A stretch of 64,000 nt of DNA from a virus. The position numbers were made by a program, and so were the translations under genes. The notes beneath the pieces are model-generated. The model saw only the letters and a list, made by a program, of their open reading frames with translations, did not search any database and had not been told where the DNA came from. How positions within the stretch are numbered: the stretch's first letter is position 1; each line of letters begins with the position of its first letter. This document shows, piece by piece, positions 19,613-28,290 of the stretch. The stretch lies in IMG/VR virus record IMGVR_UViG_3300045988_065571; one strand, written 5' to 3'.

Positions 19613-20569
19613 ATGAGTAAAATCACTAATGAATTTAAAACCAAGCTCTACAATTATTTTATTAAGAGCTTGGGCGCTTATCAATATAAACATGGTTGGA
19701 TGAAATTACCCGTATGCCCATTCTGTCATAGGGAACATAAGATGGGGATTAATCTTTCTATGTACCGTACCAATTGTTTTAGATGCAATTATCATATGAA
19801 TCCTGCTCAACTAGTAATGGATGTTGAAGGATTTGATACTTATGCAGAACTTTTAAAATTTCTAGATAATGGAAACTTTACAGACAAAGCTTTCTCAGAA
19901 GAGAAGGTTGAATTATCCGATGCTAAGCCCGTCTATCTTCCAGATGGGTTTAAACTCATTAATCAAGGAACATCACAAGTTGCAAGAAGCATTAGAAGTT
20001 ACATGTCGAGCCGTGGGTTCACTATCGAAGAATTATCAAAACACGGTATCGGATATGTTGCCACTGAGGGACCTTTTTTTGGGTACCTCATCATACCCTA
20101 TTATTATAAGGGCACGCTCAGGTATTACAATGCGAGAAATGTTATTGGACAGGGCCCAAGATACAATAATCCAAATAAAGATATTACGGGACTTGGAAAG
20201 GAATTTATTATCTTCAATCAAGATGCCCTCGACATGTATAGTTCGATATTTATCTGTGAAGGAGCAATCAATGCACTTACTATGGGAGACAGGGCTATTG
20301 CCACCATGGGTAAGGCGGTATCAAGATATCAATTGAATGGGCTAATAAAATCCCCTTGTCAACGGTATATAATCCTGTTGGATTTTGATGCTCAAAAGTA
20401 TGCTATAGATTTAGCTTTAAAACTTATACTTTATAAGAAAGTAAAAGTAGTTTTCTTTGAAGACTCTCGGGATGTAAATGATTTAGGTAAAAAAGCAGTT
20501 CTTAGAAAAGTATATAGAACTAGATACACTACGTATCAAGAACTTATTAAACTTAAAAATTTGCTATGA
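19613..20569 (+). CDS. DNA primase (zinc ribbon plus Toprim)
   Basis: CPFCH-x17-CFRC zinc motif. Toprim Glu in FICEGAINALT and DxD in LLDFDAQ. Confidence 0.75.
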   Translation: MSKITNEFKTKLYNYFIKSLGAYQYKHGWMKLPVCPFCHREHKMGINLSMYRTNCFRCNYHMNPAQLVMDVEGFDTYAELLKFLDNGNFTDKAFSEEKVELSDAKPVYLPDGFKLINQGTSQVARSIRSYMSSRGFTIEELSKHGIGYVATEGPFFGYLIIPYYYKGTLRYYNARNVIGQGPRYNNPNKDITGLGKEFIIFNQDALDMYSSIFICEGAINALTMGDRAIATMGKAVSRYQLNGLIKSPCQRYIILLDFDAQKYAIDLALKLILYKKVKVVFFEDSRDVNDLGKKAVLRKVYRTRYTTYQELIKLKNLL

Positions 20570-21081
20570 TGGAAGATAATGTACCTGGTTTCCCAGGGTA
20601 TCATGTAACTAGGAGTGGTAATGTATATTCTAGGAGGGTAGAGAGATCTCCTAATAAATTTAGAGATTGGCATTTATTAAAAACTACCCTAAAGAGAAAT
20701 GGGAGAGTTAAAGTTGTTTTATATAGGAGTAGTAAAAGTTACACTCTAAGCCTTAGTAGATTGGTAGCTTTAATACATGTATATAACCCTAATCCCTCTA
20801 TGTTTAATGAAGTAATGCACATAGATAATAATCCTTTAAATAATCATTATAAAAATCTACAATGGGGAACTCATTCCATGAATATGCAACAAATGATATT
20901 TGAACAACGCAGAAGATCTTTTAAGACTACTCAAAACCCCAATTGGCAAAAATTTAAGATATCTCTAAGAAAGAAAAGGAGATTGGATAGGTTGATAAAA
21001 TTAGGGAGAAGTAGAATTTATATAGGTAAGCGGTTAAAAGTATCTCGTAAAACCATCTATAACTCACTTCATAGAGGGTAG
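20566..21081 (+). mobile_element. free-standing HNH homing endonuclease (NUMOD4-HNH-HTH architecture)
   Basis: N-terminal VPGFPGYHVTRSGNVYS, HNH core HIDNNPLNNHYKNLQWGTHSMN, basic C-terminal HTH. Start overlaps the primase stop (ATGA). Paralog at 46779. Confidence 0.8.
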
Positions 21082-21145
21082 TTATCAGAAACTCCTTGGA
21101 TTGAGGATTTCCTATTATAATATATATAACTTAAAATAAGAAAGT

Positions 21146-21289
21146 ATGAAACAATTATTAGAAGCTATAAGAGCCAAATATTTATGCCTTCATGATTGGG
21201 AGGTGGTAAGTAAAACTGAATACACTGATTGTTGGAAAATCTTATTAAAATGTAAGAAGTGCGGTAAACTTAGAAAGAGAATAGTATGA
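21146..21289 (+). CDS. small Cys-containing protein (47 aa, below ORF-track cutoff)
   Basis: Hand-translated MKQLLEAIRAKYLCLHDWEVVSKTEYTDCWKILLKCKKCGKLRKRIV. Its TGA overlaps the next ATG (ATGA at 21286). Confidence 0.4.
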   Translation: MKQLLEAIRAKYLCLHDWEVVSKTEYTDCWKILLKCKKCGKLRKRIV

Positions 21290-22107
21290 GAGACCCCTCT
21301 ATTCATATAACTAAGCATCAATTCGAAAAAATACTATCTCAGTTAGAGGTATATAATTTTCCGATTGATGCTTTCTTTGTTATTGCCCGTAAGGAAGCAA
21401 TAAATACTAGAGTTGTAGTTGTTACAAACAATAAGACAACTAAGAAAGTTTCTAACATTTTACTAGCATCCAAGGGAGATGCTGCTTTAGTTGCTGATAT
21501 TATATATGCAACTCGTATAAAACTAAAGCATAGAGGAGTTAGAAAAATAAGAGAAACAGAACCAAGAAATTGGGCGGTATGTAAAAAGATAGCTGAGCTC
21601 TGTAATCAATTCTGTGAAGATTTTCAATTGGATACCCGGGAAGGTTTTATTAAATATATCGAACTAGGTATCAAGAAGATGGACGGTAATTATAATAACC
21701 TCCTAAACAGATTATCTTCTATGTCAGAAAAGATTTCAGATTTATATTCTGCTACATTGGAAATGGAAGATGATTCTGGTAATGCTAAAGCTATCCATGA
21801 TTACTTCATAAAAAGGGTAGCAGATGTTACTGGTATATACGAATCATTTGTTAATCAACCAGATAAGTATATACACTTTGTAAGGCTAGATAAATTCTTA
21901 TCTGAGAAAGGGTGGGACCCAATTCAATTCATAGATGCTCAATTTGAATCCCTTGCTTGGTGTAATGGTTTACCTGAACCCAGTCAGATGTATAATGACA
22001 AGGCTATCGAAAGGTATAATAAATACCTATTTAAACATAAGAATCATTCACAATCAGAGGAACCTAAAGTAGAGGGAAGCCTCTGGTCAAAAATTAATAA
22101 ATTATGA
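21286..22107 (+). CDS. hypothetical protein
   Basis: 273-aa ORF, translationally coupled to both neighbours. Confidence 0.65.
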   Translation: MRDPSIHITKHQFEKILSQLEVYNFPIDAFFVIARKEAINTRVVVVTNNKTTKKVSNILLASKGDAALVADIIYATRIKLKHRGVRKIRETEPRNWAVCKKIAELCNQFCEDFQLDTREGFIKYIELGIKKMDGNYNNLLNRLSSMSEKISDLYSATLEMEDDSGNAKAIHDYFIKRVADVTGIYESFVNQPDKYIHFVRLDKFLSEKGWDPIQFIDAQFESLAWCNGLPEPSQMYNDKAIERYNKYLFKHKNHSQSEEPKVEGSLWSKINKL

Positions 22108-22721
22108 AAGCTTTTAAAAATCGTTTAGAGGAGATGGCAGAAGCCACTGTAAATGCTTTGGATTATTCCGATAGCAAAGTAGAATACCCCGATATTTCTA
22201 TAGTTCAGAAATGGCCTAAGGAAATAATCTTGCCCTTGTATGATTTATATAAAAATACTCGGTATTCAGAATTAACCTCAATCCTTATGTATACTCAGCA
22301 TCAGGCTAGATTTGGAGAAATAGGGGAATTGATGCTGGGTATCGGATTAGTAGAAATGGTACATTATGATAAACTGGGAGACTTCTTATTAAAGGCTTCC
22401 GATGTAATGGATACGGATATACCAGGAAATAATCAGTTAACTGTACATCCCCTAATAGATCTTGGTACTTCGGCAGAATCAGCTTTAAGATTATCCCTAC
22501 AAGCAGAAAAAGAAACTCTAGAGGAATATTATAAAGTATTTGATTCTCTGAATAAAGAAGAATATATAAAGAGAAGCGATTATATTCCAGTTACATATCT
22601 TATCCAGAAATTCATTGCTGATGAGGAATATCACATTACTCTTTTAAAGAAAGCTTTGAAAGAATACGAGGATTCCGATGATGAACCCAAGAAATGTAAA
22701 TCAGTAACAGTAATCATATGA
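22104..22721 (+). CDS. ferritin-like di-iron carboxylate protein (putative)
   Basis: Two ExxH motifs (VEMVHYD, DEEYHIT), each preceded by a helix with conserved Glu (SELTS.., LQAEKETLEEY). This is the four-helix-bundle E / ExxH / E / ExxH layout. Confidence 0.45.
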   Translation: MKAFKNRLEEMAEATVNALDYSDSKVEYPDISIVQKWPKEIILPLYDLYKNTRYSELTSILMYTQHQARFGEIGELMLGIGLVEMVHYDKLGDFLLKASDVMDTDIPGNNQLTVHPLIDLGTSAESALRLSLQAEKETLEEYYKVFDSLNKEEYIKRSDYIPVTYLIQKFIADEEYHITLLKKALKEYEDSDDEPKKCKSVTVII

Positions 22722-24202
22722 AAATCATAATTCGTAATTGTAACGTTGCAGAATTAGATATACCTCTAAAGTATGCAACTAAGTTATATAACGAATTTGC
22801 TATCAGACACCCCAATGCCTTTTACCTCCGTACTAGGCAACGGGGTATGCAAAACTGGGATGGCAAAATAAAGTATATAACCAAGACTGGTCAATTTAAG
22901 ATAGGCTTACTTCCTTCAGTATATAAAAGATGTATTGAACTTGGAATTAAGCCTATCATAGTAGATATGAGACAACCTTTACCTAAAGTCAGTAAAGTTG
23001 TAACTCAGATAGGTAAGTATAAATTAAGACCCGAACAAGAGAAAGCTGTCAAGGCAATCTTATCTAATAAACTAGGTGAAACACCTTTTCAGATTGGGGT
23101 ATTAGATTATACAGTAAATGCAGGTAAGACTCTGATTATGTCTGCTTTATATTTATCCTATAAGAAGCAGTTAAAGACTTTGCTTATAACTAATGACTCC
23201 GACTGGTTAAATCAAGCTAGAGATGAATTTAAGCAATATCTACCTGGAGAAGATATTACCTTCGTTCAGGGTAAAGTTTTAAACTGGAGTAATTTTACCA
23301 TTGGTATGGTTCAATCTATTTCTCGGAATATGAAATATTATCAGAATGAACTTGCTAAGATTGATATGGTATTAATCGATGAAGCTGACCAAGGAGGTAG
23401 TAAGCAATATCAGAATGTGATCACTAGGTTATTTAATACCCGAGTTAGAATCGGATTATCTGGTACCATTTATATGAGTAAGCTTGCCAAGGATAAAGTT
23501 AAGAATATGAATTTGCGTTGTTTCTTTGGCGATGTAATAGCAGAGTTTAAACTTAAGGACTCGATTAAGAAAGGATATTCAACAAAGACAATTGTAAAAA
23601 CAGTAGAAGGTAAACCTTGGTTTGGTAATTGGGAATCAGATTGTATGTCCTATAATGAAATATATGATGATTCCATTACCCATAATAAGATTGCCTGGAA
23701 TATGGCCTTAGATAGGTTGAAATGGAATCTTAATCAAGGTAGATATCCTGCTCTCGTAGTATGTAAGCATATTGCACATTGTGAAAATCTATATAAATTC
23801 TTTAAAGAAAGACTAGATAATACCCATAATATTGCTTATGTGCATGTTAATACTCCTACTAAATTAAGACAACAGATAATGAAGGATTTTAGGGAGGGTA
23901 AAATAGATATCCTTGTATCAACTACAATTATTGCTCGAGGTAAAAACTTTCCTAAGCTCAGGTATTTGTTGAATACTGCCAGTATGGATTCTCAAGAAAA
24001 ATCAATTCAGTTCTTAGGACGATTGGTAAGAAAGGATGAATCCAAATCCAAAGTTTACCTAGATGATTTACATTATCCCGGGAATTATTTAAGTAGGCAT
24101 GGGAATCATAGAAGAAAGTATTATCAAGATCAAGGACTTAAAGTTATCCGGTTAAGCAAGCTCTGGAATAAGTACCCTAGACATAAGCCTTTTCAAGGAT
24201 AA
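22718..24202 (+). CDS. superfamily-2 DEAD/DEAH-type DNA helicase
   Basis: Motif I VNAGKT, motif II LIDEADQ, motif III LSGT, motif VI QFLGRLVRK. Confidence 0.75.
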   Translation: MKIIIRNCNVAELDIPLKYATKLYNEFAIRHPNAFYLRTRQRGMQNWDGKIKYITKTGQFKIGLLPSVYKRCIELGIKPIIVDMRQPLPKVSKVVTQIGKYKLRPEQEKAVKAILSNKLGETPFQIGVLDYTVNAGKTLIMSALYLSYKKQLKTLLITNDSDWLNQARDEFKQYLPGEDITFVQGKVLNWSNFTIGMVQSISRNMKYYQNELAKIDMVLIDEADQGGSKQYQNVITRLFNTRVRIGLSGTIYMSKLAKDKVKNMNLRCFFGDVIAEFKLKDSIKKGYSTKTIVKTVEGKPWFGNWESDCMSYNEIYDDSITHNKIAWNMALDRLKWNLNQGRYPALVVCKHIAHCENLYKFFKERLDNTHNIAYVHVNTPTKLRQQIMKDFREGKIDILVSTTIIARGKNFPKLRYLLNTASMDSQEKSIQFLGRLVRKDESKSKVYLDDLHYPGNYLSRHGNHRRKYYQDQGLKVIRLSKLWNKYPRHKPFQG

Positions 24203-24297
24203 TAATTTCTGACTATGAGTATATACTTTTTCTCCGTAGGAGGAAAGGTATATTACATGTTACGTTAAGAGGCATTAACCATTAATAATCATAAACA

Positions 24298-24642
24298 ATG
24301 AAGATTCTACAAAAAATCAAATCATTATTCAATTGTTCTGTAATACCTCCAGAACATATATTCAATGGTATAGGAATAGAATATATATCTCCTATCAAAA
24401 AATCAAGAGATAAGCTCGATGAAGTTCGATATTATTTTATGATTCATTTTCAATCTGGGTTAACAATCACAGTTCAGATATATACTTCTGAAATAGAGGT
24501 AACTTCTGAAATAGAAGCACCACCCATTCTTCTGTCTATCAGAGAACTATTTATAAATGGTATAGGACATTCATATATTACTCTGTATCAAGATGAAATA
24601 ATGGATGTTCAAATCATAAGAGATTATCATAAAGAATTTTAA
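24298..24642 (+). CDS. hypothetical protein (contains in-frame 18-nt tandem duplication)
   Basis: 114-aa ORF. TSEIEV/TSEIEA is encoded by a duplicated 18-mer at 24484-24519. Confidence 0.6.
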   Translation: MKILQKIKSLFNCSVIPPEHIFNGIGIEYISPIKKSRDKLDEVRYYFMIHFQSGLTITVQIYTSEIEVTSEIEAPPILLSIRELFINGIGHSYITLYQDEIMDVQIIRDYHKEF

Positions 24643-24652
24643 ATTGGAAATT

Positions 24653-25036
24653 ATGGCAAAGAAGAAACAAACTTTACCTGATATCAAGAATCAGGATCCC
24701 TTAGAACCTATTAATATTGCAGAACTGGGTTCTAATTCAGACCCATGTTTTGGTATTGGTTATGACTTATCAACTAAAGAATGTAAACTATGCGGAGACT
24801 CAGAATTATGTGCATTCAAGATGTCACAGAATATGAATATCACAAGGAAAGAGCTAGAACAGAAGAATCAATACAAGGATTTGGATGTATTAGAAGACAC
24901 GGTTGGAATCAAGAAATACATCCGAGGCTTGATTCGGAAAGGGAAAGAAAGAAAAGAAGTTATTACCAAAACCGTTGAGAAATTCGAAGTACCAAGAAAA
25001 CGTATTAGAGAACTTTACAAGGAATGCAAAAAATAG
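24653..25036 (+). CDS. hypothetical protein
   Basis: The ORF track starts at TTG 24644. The first ATG (MAKKKQ) is at 24653. Confidence 0.6.
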   Translation: MAKKKQTLPDIKNQDPLEPINIAELGSNSDPCFGIGYDLSTKECKLCGDSELCAFKMSQNMNITRKELEQKNQYKDLDVLEDTVGIKKYIRGLIRKGKERKEVITKTVEKFEVPRKRIRELYKECKK

Positions 25037-25230
25037 AAATGATATGGGCTATGTTCAAGGTATACCTTAACAACCCAAATTATTATGTGAAACAAGAGGA
25101 CATACTTGCTAATGTATGCGGCAATGGAAACAGGGATGTAAGGAAGATGATGAACTCTCTTGGTATTTACAAGGGAAATCCCTCAACATTAACTTATGGC
25201 CAACTTTTAAAACAATGTAATATAATATGA
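25024..25230 (+). CDS. hypothetical protein
   Basis: 68-aa ORF overlapping both neighbours by a few nt. Confidence 0.5.
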   Translation: MQKIEMIWAMFKVYLNNPNYYVKQEDILANVCGNGNRDVRKMMNSLGIYKGNPSTLTYGQLLKQCNII

Positions 25231-25781
25231 ACAAATTCAGATTTATCAAAGTAAGAGACGTAAAATCTCCCTCAAGAGGAAACGAAGGAGATGCAGGTTT
25301 AGATTTCTATATACCTGAAGACTTAACTCTACAGGATTTAGTAAAGGCTAATCCACAGTTAATATTTCATTGTGAAATACCTGAACCTGGTAAAGTAACA
25401 CTTGAATATAATTCAAATAACCAGGTACAAGTAATTTACATTTCTCCATTTACCAGAATACTTATCCCATCGGGTATCAAAGGTTTATTAGAACCAAGGT
25501 CTTCTATGCTGATGGCAGCAAACAAATCTGGTATATCAACTAAGAAAGGGCTTATCTATACTGCCGAGATAGTAGATTCTCCCTATACTGGAGAGATTCA
25601 TATCGGTATATATAATACTTCTCATGAGTTTCAAATAATAGAAGCTGGAACCAAGTTAGTACAGTTTATTCATGTACCTATATATCTTACAGAACCAGAA
25701 GAAGTAATCAAAGAAGAGTTTGATGGAGATGCTTCAACTTGGGGAACAAGAGGTAATAACGGATTCGGATCAACCAATTAA
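25227..25781 (+). CDS. dut: dUTPase (trimeric type; dCTPase activity not excluded)
   Basis: All five motifs: DAGLDFY, EPRSSM, AEIVDSPYTGEIHIGIYN, TKLVQFI, RGNNGFGSTN. Confidence 0.85.
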   Translation: MNKFRFIKVRDVKSPSRGNEGDAGLDFYIPEDLTLQDLVKANPQLIFHCEIPEPGKVTLEYNSNNQVQVIYISPFTRILIPSGIKGLLEPRSSMLMAANKSGISTKKGLIYTAEIVDSPYTGEIHIGIYNTSHEFQIIEAGTKLVQFIHVPIYLTEPEEVIKEEFDGDASTWGTRGNNGFGSTN

Positions 25782-25792
25782 TATCATAATAT

Positions 25793-26512
25793 ATGGCAAC
25801 TTTAGATGAACTAGCGAATAGGATATCGGTATTAGAGAATCGGTATTCAACTTTAAACAGTGTAGTGAACGGACATGCTACCGAGATACATAATCTTGAT
25901 ACTAGATTAGATACTGCAGAATCTAAACTAAATAATCATGAGGGACGGATTGAAACTCTAGAAGTTAAAGTAGAGGATCACGAAAGAAGATTGCAACTGA
26001 TAGAGAATTCTCATATAAAGTATACTGTATCAAGAAAGGTAAAATACCCCAAGAAAGCAGATCAAGGATTCTATCTATATCTCCCTGAAGATCTTACTAT
26101 TGATATTCTAATGGAATACAATAATGGAGTAATCAAACAGAAATGGAACTGGTTGAATAGAATCTTTAATCCTCAGGGATTCGGTAAAGTATCATTCGAC
26201 TTAGATAGAAACAGCGAAGGACATATTAAAACCATCGTTCTTGGTCAGAACACTAGGTTATTAATCCCAACTGGTATTCATATTGAAGAATTCACTCCAG
26301 TTAAATCTGTACTGAAAGCTGCAAATGAAGAAACTAATTCTATCAACAGTGGATTAGTATACGGTATAGAAGTACTTGGTCAAGTTCCAGGAGATGAAGT
26401 GGTGGTAAGTGTATTCAACCCAACTTCTGAGATTATTGGAATCGAAGCTGGAAGCGTATTGGTTCAAGTATTACATTTATTCTCTTATCATACAGTACCA
26501 GAAAAAGAATAA
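25793..26512 (+). CDS. dUTPase-fold paralog with N-terminal coiled coil, catalytic motifs degenerate
   Basis: About 70 aa of heptad-like repeats (LDELANRISVLENR...LEVKVEDHERRLQLIEN), then a dUTPase-like layout (QGFYLYLPEDL, LLIPTG, VYGIEVLGQVPGDEVVVSVFN, SVLVQVL). No RSS motif, motif III Asp/Tyr or motif V. Confidence 0.5.
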   Translation: MATLDELANRISVLENRYSTLNSVVNGHATEIHNLDTRLDTAESKLNNHEGRIETLEVKVEDHERRLQLIENSHIKYTVSRKVKYPKKADQGFYLYLPEDLTIDILMEYNNGVIKQKWNWLNRIFNPQGFGKVSFDLDRNSEGHIKTIVLGQNTRLLIPTGIHIEEFTPVKSVLKAANEETNSINSGLVYGIEVLGQVPGDEVVVSVFNPTSEIIGIEAGSVLVQVLHLFSYHTVPEKE

Positions 26513-26517
26513 TTACT

Positions 26518-27360
26518 ATGGATATTTCTAATCTGAAAGAAAAAGCCCCTGAAATCAAACAGGGGCTTGAACTTGAGAATATGTATGAGATTGGTTATCG
26601 CCAATTAGACTGTTATAAACCTTTGGAAAGGTTACCCGAATATCCCATGGATATTAACAGTACTAAAAACCAATCTCTTATGAAAACCCTTATATCTCAA
26701 GTAGTAGAGGAGTTAATGGAGGGTTATGAATCTACTTCTAATATAAATGATATTCTAGAAAACAAAGGATGGAATACCAATTTATATACTGATGTAGAAG
26801 AGATTCAGATAATCAACAATCTACAGAATGCTAATGAAGAACAAGCAGATGCAATAGGATTCTTCTTATCAGCTTTGATATATGCTAACATATTGCCAGA
26901 GGATATCTATAGTTGGGCAAACAAAGAACTTACTAAAGATCAAAAGGCAGTAGAAAACTTAGAGGATGTAATGGCATTCGGTATTCATATGATTTTAGAG
27001 ATGGATACTATTGATAGTATATTCAAAAACTTTAGGCTAATATCTGAAACAATCGAGGATAAAACTTCCGAGTATATAAAGGGATTCAAGGAAATGAGTC
27101 CAAATTTGCATACCGATGAGAAAAATATTTTGTTTCAGATAGTGTATGTTTTGAATCTTGCTAGAAATACTCTTAAGAATCGTACATGGAAACAGTCACC
27201 AGTAATAACTAAAGAACTAGAATTCCAGGATAGGCTGGTAGAGGCATTCTATTATTATATGGGATTCCTATCAATAATGGGATTTACTCCTACGGGTATC
27301 TATGAGCTGTATTTCAAAAAAGAGCGGTTGAATGAATGGAGAATCACTACACAATATTAA
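26518..27360 (+). CDS. all-alpha NTP pyrophosphohydrolase-like protein (MazG / dimeric dUTPase-like), tentative
   Basis: Helical protein with acidic motifs VVEELMEGYE and NANEEQADAIGFFLSAL. Located between the dUTPase and ThyA-like genes. Confidence 0.35.
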   Translation: MDISNLKEKAPEIKQGLELENMYEIGYRQLDCYKPLERLPEYPMDINSTKNQSLMKTLISQVVEELMEGYESTSNINDILENKGWNTNLYTDVEEIQIINNLQNANEEQADAIGFFLSALIYANILPEDIYSWANKELTKDQKAVENLEDVMAFGIHMILEMDTIDSIFKNFRLISETIEDKTSEYIKGFKEMSPNLHTDEKNILFQIVYVLNLARNTLKNRTWKQSPVITKELEFQDRLVEAFYYYMGFLSIMGFTPTGIYELYFKKERLNEWRITTQY

Positions 27361-27375
27361 TGAAAGGAGGTACTT

Positions 27376-28290
27376 GTGTCGGGTTGGAATAAAAAATTAA
27401 ACGGATTAGAGCTTAATACAGAAGAGCAAATCCATTCATTAGAATTTGCTACTTCACAAGAAGCATGGGAAAAGTTAAATGAAGGATTTTTAAGACTAGA
27501 ACCATCTTTATTTGCAAAAGGTGCTACCGCAAACAGTGGAGTAGCTGTGGTATATAACGTATTTATAAAAATACGTAAAGCTTGGGTAGACCCAGATTTT
27601 GATTATGGTAGATGTTTCAATTATAAAGAGACTAAGTGGACAAGCTTACTGAACAATTACATTGATTTCAATAAGCTTGATTTATTGCGTAGTAAGCTGA
27701 GAGTACTAAAAACCAAGTATAATCAGAATTACAACGTTACTTATATGTTTAATAATCATCACGATAACGGTAAACAATGTTTAATTGCTGCTACATTCTC
27801 CAAACGATTTGGGGAAGACATACCTGTTATTACAATGGTAATCAGGGCATCCGAGATAACAAAAAGATTAATCTTCGACTTCTTACTAATACAACGAATG
27901 GCGGAATATGTGTACGGACCAGAACAATCAGTACAAATCAATTTATTTGCCACTCAAATGTATGGGAATGTAGAAACACTTCTGATGTATCATACTCATA
28001 AACCTTTGAAGAAGGTATTAAAGGGAACTGATAAAGAGAATTCCTGGATAAAGAGGTTGAATGAGGTATTCGATAAATTTCAAAACGGTAAAGAGAAAGA
28101 TTTCTCTAGTTTTAAGGTATTCTTTAGAAGTTTTAAAGTGCTTCGACCAGATTTATATAGGGAAACATATAAATCTATGAAAGCAAAGGAATTACTTCTT
28201 GAATATGAAGATATCGAATATCCCGAGAATGTAATCTCTTACTCTCAACGTAAAGCATATAAGAAGAAACTTTTAAAACAGAAGAAATGA
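27376..28290 (+). CDS. possible ThyA-fold paralog (function unknown)
   Basis: GTG start 5 nt after AAGGAGG. The segment KQCLIAATF...VITMVIRASEITKRLIFDFLL loosely parallels the Cys...R-S-x-D core of the thymidylate synthase fold. Stop overlaps the next ATG. Confidence 0.3.
   Translation: MSGWNKKLNGLELNTEEQIHSLEFATSQEAWEKLNEGFLRLEPSLFAKGATANSGVAVVYNVFIKIRKAWVDPDFDYGRCFNYKETKWTSLLNNYIDFNKLDLLRSKLRVLKTKYNQNYNVTYMFNNHHDNGKQCLIAATFSKRFGEDIPVITMVIRASEITKRLIFDFLLIQRMAEYVYGPEQSVQINLFATQMYGNVETLLMYHTHKPLKKVLKGTDKENSWIKRLNEVFDKFQNGKEKDFSSFKVFFRSFKVLRPDLYRETYKSMKAKELLLEYEDIEYPENVISYSQRKAYKKKLLKQKK

Noticed and set aside
19869-20336. 155-aa ORF inside the primase gene, plus the antisense 20036..20221
   Set aside because: It is nested within a gene with clear zinc-ribbon and Toprim motifs. 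No promoter or coupling signals.
27364-27370. AAGGAGG Shine-Dalgarno-like sequence before the GTG start at 27376 (and AGGAGG before 40408), as evidence for a non-Bacteroidota host
   Set aside because: These are isolated cases inside upstream coding or junction sequence. Most starts in the window lack any SD, and the promoter architecture argues for a Bacteroidota host.
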